A DNA stretch of 64,000 bases, taken from contig CAVSQR010000077.1 in assembly GCA_963729825.1 (NCBI GenBank), forward strand, positions 19,132 to 83,131, in the 5' to 3' direction. Each line of letters begins with the position of its first letter. Position 1 is the stretch's first letter. The notes beneath the pieces were generated by a model. The model did not search any database, was not told the DNA's origin, and saw only the letters and a list, made by a program, of their open reading frames with translations. Source of the DNA: an uncultured delta proteobacterium (GTDB lineage Bacteria; Desulfobacterota; Desulfobulbia; Desulfobulbales; SURF-16). Position numbers and translations under genes: made by a program. Shown here piece by piece: positions 17,998 to 26,950 of this stretch.

Positions 17998-20379
17998 ATG
18001 GATGATACATTTCCCCATCTCCCTTTGCAACGGGAGGAGCCTGTTAATGATAAGCGCCCATCTGGCTTTCCCCGTTCTAATCCGCCTGATAATCCCGCCG
18101 CCCATGGTGCGGCTCTTCGTCAGTGCCTCGCCAGCGCTAAAGAAGAGCCTGCTGCTGAAGGTGGTTTTGATGAACGACATCTGTTTCGCTTTACAGTTGA
18201 CAAAGGTTTTTCGCCTGATGAACTGCCCAAAATCGTCAGCCCTGAATTTCGAGACCAAATCGAGGTTGTAAGCCAGGAAGGTGAGGAGATTATAGTCGCC
18301 TTTATTAGCGATGCGGCCCTAGAGTCATTTGAGGCATTACTTACAACCCTGGCCGGAGGTGGTGTCCCCACCAATAAGCAAGTTTTTTTCGCCCTGCAGG
18401 GAATCGACAGTTGGAAGCCAGATGAGCGCATGGGCTGGGCTCTGAAACGGGAGGGATTTCCGGATAAAGAAACTTTTTTGCTTGATGTTGAACTATGGCC
18501 CCTTGAAGACAATCTCAAAGAACGCCGAGCCTTATGGACCAGCTTCGAGAGATGGCTTGACCAACATGCCATTTCCTCCATTGATAGTGTCAAGCAACCC
18601 GGTATCTCTCTCTATCGGGTTCGCTGTAACCATGATCAGGCTGAACGTTTATTGCACCACCGGGATGTACGAGCGGTTGATCTCCCCCCTCGTTATGGTA
18701 TTGGTCTGAGTTTACGTTATATCGATATCCAAAAACTGGGTGATATACCTCACCCACCGGCCAACGCGCCCGGCCTCACCGTGCTCGACAGTGGACTCAC
18801 CACCGGTCATCCCCTTATTGGACCTGCAGTTGGAGAAGCAGCAAGCTTTTTGCCGGGAGAAGACCCAGCCGACGAGAATGGCCACGGCACCCTTGTTGGC
18901 GGTCTAGCCCTCTATGGTGATGTGGAAGCCTGTATTAAGAGTGGAAAATTTATGCCGGAACTTCGACTGTTTAGTGGCCGAATTTTGGACGATAATGCAG
19001 AGAACCCCACCGGCTTTGTCGAAAATCATATTGCCGAGGCAGTCCGCTATTTTCACCATGAATATGGCTGTCGTATCTTCAATGTCTCCTTCGGCGACCT
19101 CAATAAGCCATATTTCGGGGGACATGTCCGGGAATTGGCATTTACTCTTGATACGCTTTCCCGTGAATTAAAGGTTTTGTTTGTTGTTTCTGCCGGTAAT
19201 GTCTTGGGCTCCGCCCTTAATGGTCTGGAATGGCGGGAGCGTTATCCGTTCTACCTGAATGAGACGGATTGGTCCATCCTTGATCCGGCTCCAGCTCTGA
19301 ATGTCCTTACCGTTGGGAGTCTGGCTCGCCATGATCTGACCTCCAATAGTCAACGCTTTAGTGGCGACCCGGCAGAGGTGCCAATCGCCGCCATTAACCA
19401 ACCTTCACCCTTTACCCGCCATGGCCCATCAGTGGGTGGAGCAATTAAACCTGAGTTGGTTGCCTATGGCGGTAATTGGGCTATCAACACCCGCGCTGGC
19501 GCTAATGTTCTGGTAGCCAACAGTGGCCTAGGCGAGTTATCCACAAATTGGCAGTCCACGACTGACGGGAGACTGTTTGCCGATGAAAGCGGTACCAGTT
19601 TTGCTGCACCCCATGTGGCATATCTTGCCGCCATGCTCCAGCATGAAGTGCCCCATGCTAGCCACCACCTGATACGAGCATTGTTGGTGCTTCATGCCAG
19701 AGTACCGGATGAAGCGCGGCAACTTTTCGAACAGGAAAAAGATTCTCTCCGCAATATATGCGGCTATGGGAAGGTTGACACCATTGGTCTTTTCCGCTCA
19801 CTAGAAAACGAAGTGACCATGATTGCCGAAAGTACAATTGCCAACAAGAAACACCACTTTTACGAAGTGCCCGTTCCAGAGGACTTTGTTAGCAAGGGCC
19901 GCAGGGTTCGCGAGATTTCTGTGGCCCTTGCCTATACCCCTTATGTCCGCTCCACTCGCATTGATTACCGGGCAAGCCGAATCAGTTTTAAGCTGGTGGC
20001 GGCAAAAGACCTGGCAGAAGTGACAACGATTTTTAACCAGGCAACGGACAAGGAGACCTACGACGCCATTAAGGAAATCGGTACGGAACTGGGAGCAAAT
20101 AACCGAAACGTCACAAGTGACCAGCGCAACCGGGGAACTGTGCAGGGTGGCCGCTGGCGGTTTATACAATTTAATGCCAATGCCAAACTAAAGCAAAAGC
20201 GTTTATTTGTTGTAGTGACTCGCAACGATTTTGCCTGGGCCGAACCGCATAGCTCTACAGAGGAGGATTATGCTCTTGTAGTCACCTTTCGTGATCGGGA
20301 AAATGAACAAGCGCGGCTTTATACCCAGATCCGCAACCGCCTCCAGGCACGGGTAAGGGGAAGGGCCATGAGTTTCTGA
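17998..20379 (+). CDS. S8 family (subtilisin-like) serine peptidase with unassigned N- and C-terminal domains, IetS-like
   Basis: 793 aa. Catalytic motifs VLDSG (Asp), NGHGT (His), SAGN (oxyanion Asn) and GTSFAAPHV (Ser). No signal peptide or TM segment evident. Confidence 0.85.
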   Translation: MDDTFPHLPLQREEPVNDKRPSGFPRSNPPDNPAAHGAALRQCLASAKEEPAAEGGFDERHLFRFTVDKGFSPDELPKIVSPEFRDQIEVVSQEGEEIIVAFISDAALESFEALLTTLAGGGVPTNKQVFFALQGIDSWKPDERMGWALKREGFPDKETFLLDVELWPLEDNLKERRALWTSFERWLDQHAISSIDSVKQPGISLYRVRCNHDQAERLLHHRDVRAVDLPPRYGIGLSLRYIDIQKLGDIPHPPANAPGLTVLDSGLTTGHPLIGPAVGEAASFLPGEDPADENGHGTLVGGLALYGDVEACIKSGKFMPELRLFSGRILDDNAENPTGFVENHIAEAVRYFHHEYGCRIFNVSFGDLNKPYFGGHVRELAFTLDTLSRELKVLFVVSAGNVLGSALNGLEWRERYPFYLNETDWSILDPAPALNVLTVGSLARHDLTSNSQRFSGDPAEVPIAAINQPSPFTRHGPSVGGAIKPELVAYGGNWAINTRAGANVLVANSGLGELSTNWQSTTDGRLFADESGTSFAAPHVAYLAAMLQHEVPHASHHLIRALLVLHARVPDEARQLFEQEKDSLRNICGYGKVDTIGLFRSLENEVTMIAESTIANKKHHFYEVPVPEDFVSKGRRVREISVALAYTPYVRSTRIDYRASRISFKLVAAKDLAEVTTIFNQATDKETYDAIKEIGTELGANNRNVTSDQRNRGTVQGGRWRFIQFNANAKLKQKRLFVVVTRNDFAWAEPHSSTEEDYALVVTFRDRENEQARLYTQIRNRLQARVRGRAMSF

Positions 20380-20401
20380 GAAAAATAGCCAGGCCCACTT
20401 T

Positions 20402-20707
20402 ATGCGTGACTCAAAAGTCAAACTATCTCCCTACTACCTGTACATAAAAGAAAAGTTTGCTATTGATGAGACAATTCTGGTTTCCACACGGGTAACAGCA
20501 GAAGTGGCTGATCGCTTAAATGCCTTGGCGAAATCAACCCACCGTTCAAAGTCATTTTTAGCCGCACAGGCCATTGAGGAATTCCTTAATGTACAGGAAT
20601 GGCAGGTGGAGGCGATAAAGAAAGGAATAGCTGCAGCCAAAAAGGGCGAGGTAAAAAGTCACGAGCACGCCCTCGCCATCTTGGACACCTGGGGCAAGAG
20701 TACATAA
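20402..20707 (+). CDS. ribbon-helix-helix (CopG/ParD-like) antitoxin-type protein
   Basis: 101 aa. ILVSTRVTAEVADRLNALAKSTHRSKSFLAAQAIEEFL is a typical RHH strand plus two helices. Confidence 0.6.
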   Translation: MRDSKVKLSPYYLYIKEKFAIDETILVSTRVTAEVADRLNALAKSTHRSKSFLAAQAIEEFLNVQEWQVEAIKKGIAAAKKGEVKSHEHALAILDTWGKST

Positions 20708-20844
20708 ATGAGAGTGGACGGTTCCTGCACTTCAGGATCTGGTTGCTGCCAGTGTCGATACCCTCTCACGAATGCAGCAGCAGCCGGACCCGTTTGACCA
20801 TACTGTTGAAAACCTGCAGGGGCTTAAACGGGATCGGTTTTAAT
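20708..20844 (+). pseudogene. possible remnant of a ParE/RelE-type toxin gene
   Basis: ATG 20708 abuts the antitoxin stop. After a frame slip at codon 3 the reading ..WTVPALQDLVAASVDTLS resembles the W-T-x-x-A-x-x-DL N-terminus of ParE/RelE toxins. The frame then stops after about 45 codons, and the segment overlaps the 3' end of the minus-strand DUF362 ORF. Confidence 0.25.
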
Positions 20845-21701
20845 GCCGACGGCAGGACAAAGCCATCGACCGGTATATCCTGCGGCTGAAGTAACGGAAA
20901 AACAAGCTTCTCCGGCCTGGCCCCGGCAAGCTTCTGCCTGGCTGTCTCCCGCCAGATCATGCTCTGCTCAGGGGCGACACCGAGCAGGAGCAGCATGGCG
21001 GTATCCAGGGCCACGGGATTGACCGAGCCCGCCACCACCCCCAGGGGAAACATCTCCCCTTTCATCGGCCCTCTTCGGTGCATGGCCTGCACCCCGTCCA
21101 GCAAACTTATCCCGCCAGGCAACACAGCCAGCAGATCCACCAGCATGCGGCAGAAAGACTGCTCATCCTCCCCCAGTTTCTGATGGAGCAGGGCCTTGCC
21201 GAAGCCTTTCACCGTGCCGAAATAGTTTTTCACCGCCAGGCTAATCAGGGTCTGGGAATGGGCCTTGAATTTGGGGAGATTGATCAGCACATCGCAGTCC
21301 AGCGGCTCGGCGGCCAGGGTGATCCGCTCGCCGCAGGCAAGCCTCACCTGCCGGGCGGTGCCGAAATGAATCAGCTCAACCGGCAGGCCCTTGAGGCTGT
21401 CGGCAATGCCGCAGGCCCGCATCACCGCAGGCGCCCGGCCAAAGGCGGGGGAATCGCCTACGGCTACCCTGGCCCCGCAGTCCAGACACCACTGGGCAAC
21501 CGCGGCCACAAATTCGGGATGGGTGCAGGCCAGGCCGTTGTGGCCGCGGCCGGCTACCAGGTTCGGTTTCAGCAGCACCCTGCTGCCGGGCGTGATACGA
21601 AAACCCAGAGCCTGGGCCAGGGTGGCCACCTGCCCTTTAATCGCCCGCCGGTCATAGGCGGGGCAGCGCAGGATGCCTACTTTTTGCGATGAAATTTCCA
21701 T
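20766..21701 (-). CDS. DUF362 domain-containing protein
   Basis: 311 aa. VLLKPNLV...HP..V.AV....G.....GDSP...KFK.H motifs typical of DUF362 (memory-based). Confidence 0.65.
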   Translation of the reverse strand: MEISSQKVGILRCPAYDRRAIKGQVATLAQALGFRITPGSRVLLKPNLVAGRGHNGLACTHPEFVAAVAQWCLDCGARVAVGDSPAFGRAPAVMRACGIADSLKGLPVELIHFGTARQVRLACGERITLAAEPLDCDVLINLPKFKAHSQTLISLAVKNYFGTVKGFGKALLHQKLGEDEQSFCRMLVDLLAVLPGGISLLDGVQAMHRRGPMKGEMFPLGVVAGSVNPVALDTAMLLLLGVAPEQSMIWRETARQKLAGARPEKLVFPLLQPQDIPVDGFVLPSALKPIPFKPLQVFNSMVKRVRLLLHS

Positions 21702-21756
21702 GGGTGGTCAGCAGAAAAAACAGGGGGAAGAGGAAGACAATTGCCGGTACAAAACG

Positions 21757-21795
21757 AAAAAGGCCGATCCTGGGGGGACAGGATAGGCCTTTTTC
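21757..21795 (-). terminator. intrinsic terminator-like hairpin (bidirectional shape)
   Basis: AGGCCGATCCTG-gggggа-CAGGATAGGCCT, 11 of 12 bp, flanked by an A-run and a T-run. It sits between the aconitase 3' end and the DUF362 start, so it probably ends the aconitase transcript. Confidence 0.5.
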
Positions 21796-22118
21796 TGGAG
21801 AAAGGAGATAAGAGTTGTTATCTTGCTTTGTGGTAAAAGCAACAGGCGTGCCAAACAGCTCATAAAAAAAAATTTCTTCTCAATCCCTTGCGGCACAAGG
21901 GAATAGGATTTTTTCTCAAAACTGAACCATTCCTCACTGAATACAATTTTTTATACTCCCTGACATTTTCCGTGGGTAAAACAAAATAATTCAATAAAAT
22001 CAAAATATTAGGCAGAAGTCTAATTTTTTGTACCGCGCCTGTCCCCCGTTGCTGCAGCAGAAAAACCACCTCTGGGCGATAGCTTGCCCAAGTTGCGCGG
22101 CACAAAAGTACAATTTTT

Positions 22119-24038
22119 TTAATTTCCCTTGGCCCAATTGAGCAACCCGCCGGCCAGCAGGATCTGCCGATGGCGCTCGGAAACATCGAGAACCGTCACA
22201 ATAGCCTGGCCATCGATCTCCACGGTAATGGTCTGCGCCCCACTGGCCAGGGCCTGGCGCAGGCCGGGGATGACCACCTTGGCGCCCTGCCTGACCCGGC
22301 CATAATCAGCAGAATCGGCAAAGGTCAGCGGGAGGATGCCGAAGTTGATCAGATTGGCCTTATGGATGCGGGCAAAACTTTTCACCAGCTTTACCTCCAC
22401 CCCGAGATAGCGGGGGGCCAGGGCCGCATGCTCCCGGGAAGAGCCCTGCCCGTAATTCTCGCCGCCGACAATCATGCCGGTGCCCGCCTCCCTGGCATGT
22501 TGGCTGAAATGCTCATCCAGGGCCTTGAAGACAAATTCGCTGATCGCCGGGATATTGCTGCGCAGGGGCAGGATCTGGGCCCCGGCCGGCATGATATGAT
22601 CCGTGGTGATGTTATCGCCTGCCTTGAGCAGCACCGTGCCCTGCCAGGTTTCCGGCATGGGGGCGAAGGTGGGGAACGGGGCGATATTCGGCCCGCGGAT
22701 GATCTGCACCCCGCTGCCGTCGGCAAGCGGCGGCTCGATGCGGGAGTCGCCGGGCAGATATTTATCCGGCAGGGTAACCGCCGGATAATCGCCCAGGTCC
22801 CGGGGATCGGTGATTTTGCCGGTAATGGCTGAGGCAACGGCCACCTCCGGGCTGCAGAGATAGACCTGATCGCCCACCGTACCGCTGCGGCCGGGGAAGT
22901 TGCGCGGGAAGGTGCGCAGCGAGATGGTGCCGGTGGCCGGGGCCTGGCCCATGCCGATACAGCCGAGGCACCCCGCCTGGTGCACCCTGGCCCCGGCGTG
23001 GATCAGGGGCAGCATTTCCCCCATGGCGGTGAGATTCTCCAGCACCTGGCGGCTGCCCGGGTTGATCTCAAAACTCACCTCGCTGCTCACCTGCCTGCCT
23101 GCCAGGGTTTTGGCCACCACCAGCAGATCCCGCAGGGAGGAATTGGAACAGGAACCGACCAGCACCTGGGAAACGGGCCGGCCGGCCACCTCACTCACCT
23201 TCACCACGTTATCCGGCGATGAGGGGCAGGCAATCATGGGCTCCAGGGTGGAGAGGTCAATTTCAATGATCTTGTCATATTGGGCATCGGCATCGGCAAC
23301 GATCTCCACCCAGCAATCTTCCCGGCCCTGGCTTTTGAGGAATTTCAGGGTATTCCCGTCCGAAGGGAAAACAGAGGTGGTGGCCCCGAGTTCCGCCCCG
23401 AAATTGGTGATGGAGGCCCGGTCTGTGGCGGAAAGCTCTTTCACCCCCGGCCCGAAATATTCGATGATGTAGCCGACCCCGCCTTTAACCGTGAGCTGGC
23501 GGAGCAGCTCCAGCAGCACGTCCCGGGCCGACACCCAGGGAGAAAATCTGCCGGTGAGCTTCACTCCGTAAATCTTCGGCATGACCAGGTAAAAAGGCTT
23601 GCCGGCCATGGCCATGGCCACATCGAGTCCGCCGGCCCCGATGGCCAGCATGCCGAGCCCGCCGCCGGTGGGGGTATGGCTGTCCGAGCCGAGCAGGGTC
23701 TTGCCCGGCTTGCCGAACCTCTCCAGATTGATCTGGTGGGAAATGCCGTTCCCCGGAGGGGAAAAATAGAGGCCGTATTTTCTGGCAATGGTTTGCAGAA
23801 AACGATGGTCATCGGCATTCTTGAAATCCGACTGCAGCAGATTGTGGTCAACGTAACAGACGGAACACTCGGTCTGCACCCGCGGGATGCCGATGGATTC
23901 AAATTCCAGATAAGCCATGGTCCCAGTGGCATCCTGGGTCAGGGTCTGATCAATGCGGATGCCGATTTCTTTGCCTTTCATCATCTCACCTTCAACCAGA
24001 TGAGCTGCAAGTATTTTTTCCGTAACGGTTTTACCCAT
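22119..24038 (-). CDS. aconitate hydratase (about 640-aa aconitase family protein)
   Basis: Fe-S ligand and substrate motifs (DHNLLQ, GSDSHT, VGSCSNS, CLGCIG) and swivel domain GENYGQGSSREHAA. GGAGTGGAG RBS before ATG 24038. Confidence 0.85.
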   Translation of the reverse strand: MGKTVTEKILAAHLVEGEMMKGKEIGIRIDQTLTQDATGTMAYLEFESIGIPRVQTECSVCYVDHNLLQSDFKNADDHRFLQTIARKYGLYFSPPGNGISHQINLERFGKPGKTLLGSDSHTPTGGGLGMLAIGAGGLDVAMAMAGKPFYLVMPKIYGVKLTGRFSPWVSARDVLLELLRQLTVKGGVGYIIEYFGPGVKELSATDRASITNFGAELGATTSVFPSDGNTLKFLKSQGREDCWVEIVADADAQYDKIIEIDLSTLEPMIACPSSPDNVVKVSEVAGRPVSQVLVGSCSNSSLRDLLVVAKTLAGRQVSSEVSFEINPGSRQVLENLTAMGEMLPLIHAGARVHQAGCLGCIGMGQAPATGTISLRTFPRNFPGRSGTVGDQVYLCSPEVAVASAITGKITDPRDLGDYPAVTLPDKYLPGDSRIEPPLADGSGVQIIRGPNIAPFPTFAPMPETWQGTVLLKAGDNITTDHIMPAGAQILPLRSNIPAISEFVFKALDEHFSQHAREAGTGMIVGGENYGQGSSREHAALAPRYLGVEVKLVKSFARIHKANLINFGILPLTFADSADYGRVRQGAKVVIPGLRQALASGAQTITVEIDGQAIVTVLDVSERHRQILLAGGLLNWAKGN

Positions 24039-24322
24039 TTGCTCCACTCCTGTTATGTCGCTGATTCTCAATATTGCCTAAGATACATTTCAAAAATATC
24101 GTTGCCCTTTACCATAAAAGGTCTTTTTTGTCATCGCCCATGCCTTTTTATTCATGGCCCTGGAACCCTTCATTTTTTTGACTTTTCTCCGGCCGGGAGT
24201 CAGAAAAATGACCATTGCCGGCTGCTGCGGGCCGAACCAGCAAAAACAACCGGGCGGGATGATCGCGGACTAGCCGAATAAAAACAGCCTGTTATCGGCA
24301 GATTTACTATTGCCGGCAACTG

Positions 24323-24338
24323 TGGCATAATACTCGCA
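24323..24338 (+). promoter_or_regulatory. sigma-54-type promoter candidate upstream of fliL
   Basis: TGGCAT-AATAC-TCGCA with correct GG-N10-GC spacing, 55 nt upstream of the fliL ATG. Confidence 0.4.
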
Positions 24339-24393
24339 GAAGGGGTAAGCAGATAACTATAACACCTGATTTTTTCTTTGGGGAGACAATACA

Positions 24394-24894
24394 ATGGCAG
24401 AAGAGCAGGCCAAGGCCGGAGAAGGGACGGTAGAGCCCATCAAGAAGTCAAAGACAATTCTCTTTATTATCCTGGGGGCGGCCATCCTCCTTTTAGGCGC
24501 CGGCGGCTATTTCGCCTACACCAAGTTCCTGGCCCCGAAACCGCCGCCGGTTGAGCACGTCCCGGTCAATCCGGCAGACGCGCCGGAATCGGTGGGCGAA
24601 ATCGTCACCCTCGATCCTTTTGTGGTCAATCTGGCCGACCCGAAGGGAAACCGCTACCTGAAAATGAAAATCAGCCTGGAACTTGACACCAAGGAGACGG
24701 CGGACAGAGTGCAGAAGGTAACCCCCAAGCTCAGGGATATCGTCATCATGATGCTGACCAGCCTCTCCTTTGAAGAGGTGATGACGCCGGAGGGCAAACT
24801 GCGGATCAGGGATGAACTCCTCGAGCGTTTCAACCGGGTAACCCGTCCAGACAAAATCAAAAATCTCTACTTTTCCGAATTCGTCGTCCAGTAA
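24394..24894 (+). CDS. fliL: flagellar basal body-associated protein FliL
   Basis: 166 aa. Single TM segment, then the FliL domain (LDPFVVNLADPKGNRYLKMKISLEL...LYFSEFVVQ). Confidence 0.85.
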   Translation: MAEEQAKAGEGTVEPIKKSKTILFIILGAAILLLGAGGYFAYTKFLAPKPPPVEHVPVNPADAPESVGEIVTLDPFVVNLADPKGNRYLKMKISLELDTKETADRVQKVTPKLRDIVIMMLTSLSFEEVMTPEGKLRIRDELLERFNRVTRPDKIKNLYFSEFVVQ

Positions 24895-24948
24895 TGCATT
24901 CACAACAGAACCGGCATTTTGCCACTAACTGAAAGCCGATAGATCTCC

Positions 24949-25938
24949 ATGGAACAAATCCTCAGCCAAGACGAAGTTGACGCCCTATTAAAAGGAATTG
25001 CAGGGGGCGACATTGAAGAACCGGAAGAGCAGCTTGACGAGGAGGCCCTCGAATACTCTTCCTATGATTTCAGCCGGCAGGAACGTATCGTCCAGGTCAA
25101 AATGCCGGCCATGGAGGCAATCAATGATGTGTTTCTGCGTTCCATCAGGTCATCGATCTCCGCCTCGCTGCGGCGCATTCTGGATATTACCGCGGTCCCC
25201 ATGGAACTGGAACGCTTCGGCGCCTTTGTCCGCACCCTGCCGGTGCCCAGCAGTCTGCAGATCTTTAAAATGGATCCGTTTCGCGGCCACGCCCTGTTCG
25301 TCATTGAGCCGAAACTGGTCTTCGCCTTTGTGGAAAGCTTCCTGGGCGGCAGCGGCACCCGGAACGTCAGGATTGAGGGGCGGGATTTCACCGGCATTGA
25401 ACAGCGGCTGATCCAGCGCATCGTCAACCTCATCCTCAGTGATCTGGAAAAGGCCTGGTACTCGCTGCAGCCCATCAAGGTTCAGCATATCCGCAGCGAA
25501 ATCAACCCGCAATTCGCCAAAATCTGCGAACCCGAAGACGTGGTCATCATCAACCGCTACGAAGTGGATATGGACCGGGCGGTGGGCAGCATTACCTCCT
25601 GCATCCCGGTCACCAATCTGGAATCCGTCAAACAGAAGCTGATGACCACTTTCCAGCGGGAGCAGAGCGACGAGGATATCAGTCTCAAACGGATACTCAC
25701 CGAAAATATCAAAAATGTTTCCGTTGGCTTCAAGGCGGAATTGGGCCGGACCATCCTCCCTGCCGGGGACATTCTCAGCCTGGAGGTGGGGGATATTATC
25801 CAGCTTGATAAAAGAAAAGATGAAATGCTGCCGGCCTTTGTCAGCGGCATCAGAAAATATATGGGATCACCCGGAATTCACCGGGGCAACAAGGCCTTTT
25901 TAATCAAACGCAAGGTCTTTGACCGGGAAAGAGATTAA
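24949..25938 (+). CDS. fliM: flagellar motor switch protein FliM
   Basis: N-terminal CheY-P-binding motif LSQDEVDALL. Middle and SpoA-like C-terminal domains present. Confidence 0.9.
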   Translation: MEQILSQDEVDALLKGIAGGDIEEPEEQLDEEALEYSSYDFSRQERIVQVKMPAMEAINDVFLRSIRSSISASLRRILDITAVPMELERFGAFVRTLPVPSSLQIFKMDPFRGHALFVIEPKLVFAFVESFLGGSGTRNVRIEGRDFTGIEQRLIQRIVNLILSDLEKAWYSLQPIKVQHIRSEINPQFAKICEPEDVVIINRYEVDMDRAVGSITSCIPVTNLESVKQKLMTTFQREQSDEDISLKRILTENIKNVSVGFKAELGRTILPAGDILSLEVGDIIQLDKRKDEMLPAFVSGIRKYMGSPGIHRGNKAFLIKRKVFDRERD

Positions 25939-25952
25939 CGGAGAAACAAAAA

Positions 25953-26393
25953 ATGGCTGATGAATCTTTGGATGATGCATGGGCAAACGCCTTGGAAGAG
26001 GCAAAACCGAAAAACGGAGCTGGCACTGCCGCCGGCGGAGACGACTGGGATTCCCTGGCCAAAAACAATGGCGGAGCCTCCCGGCCCGCCAGCTTCAATG
26101 AGATTGAGGACAGCGGCGCCCCCCATACATCCAGCCACAACCTTGATTTCCTGCTGGACATCCCGCTGGATGTCACGGTGGAACTGGGACGCACCAGCAT
26201 GATCATCGACAAGATGCTGCAGTTGACTCAAGGGTCTGTGGTCGAACTGGACAAAGCGGCTGGTGAGCCGGTGGAAATATATGTCAACAGAAAGCTGCTG
26301 GGCAAAGGCGAGGTCATTGTGGTCAATGACCGATTCGGCGTGCGGATCACGGAGATCATCAGCCAGGCAGACCGCATTAAAAACATGGCATAA
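25953..26393 (+). CDS. fliN: flagellar motor switch protein FliN
   Basis: C-terminal SpoA domain: LDIPLDVTVELGRTSMIIDKMLQLTQGSVVELDK..GEPVEIYVN..LLGKGEVIVVNDRFGVRITEI. Confidence 0.9.
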   Translation: MADESLDDAWANALEEAKPKNGAGTAAGGDDWDSLAKNNGGASRPASFNEIEDSGAPHTSSHNLDFLLDIPLDVTVELGRTSMIIDKMLQLTQGSVVELDKAAGEPVEIYVNRKLLGKGEVIVVNDRFGVRITEIISQADRIKNMA

Positions 26394-26443
26394 GCAGCTG
26401 AGCAACTTTTCGTTCCACGTTAAAATTTATTGAGCAGAAACTT

Positions 26444-26950
26444 ATGAGAGGTTCCCTCCTGCACAGATCAGCACTGAGAACCGGACGGTTGCTCCGGGCA
26501 ATGCTGGTAACCCTGGCGGTTTCCGCCATACCTGCCTGGGCGGCGGACGATCAGGCGGCAAAATCGGTAACCGACCCGGTGCTGGATCTTGCCCAGACAA
26601 CCTCGCTGGCCCTTACCATCATGAAGGTAATGGGCGCCCTGATACTGACGGTGGGGATCATGCTGCTGCTTGCGGTCTGGTTCAGAAAACTCGGCCTGAG
26701 CCGGGCAGGTCTGCAGCAGGGAAAGCTTATCAGCATCATCGATACCAAGATGATCGCCCCGAAAAAGTATGTCGCCGTGGTGCAGGTGGCGGATGAAACC
26801 CTGGCCCTTGGCATTACCGACCAGCAGATCACCATGCTGACCCGGCTGGAGACGAGCGCAACCCAAGTCCGGCAAAGCCCGGAAGACAGACCTCAGCAGA
26901 CATCTTTCGCCACCCTGCTCGGCAAGGTGGTCAAAAGGAGCGGCCAATGA
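26444..26950 (+). CDS. fliO: flagellar biosynthetic protein FliO
   Basis: Position between fliN and fliP. Single TM segment (LILTVGIMLLLAVWF) then ...VVQVADETLALGITDQQITMLTRL, typical of FliO. Confidence 0.7.
   Translation: MRGSLLHRSALRTGRLLRAMLVTLAVSAIPAWAADDQAAKSVTDPVLDLAQTTSLALTIMKVMGALILTVGIMLLLAVWFRKLGLSRAGLQQGKLISIIDTKMIAPKKYVAVVQVADETLALGITDQQITMLTRLETSATQVRQSPEDRPQQTSFATLLGKVVKRSGQ

Noticed and set aside
22010-22118. Long-range inverted repeat (GTACTTTTGTGCCGCGC ... GCGCGGTACAAAA) just after the aconitase stop
   Set aside because: It has a roughly 60-nt interior and no U-tract, so it is not a canonical terminator. The hairpin at 21757-21795 is a better candidate. This one is noted only as possible structure.
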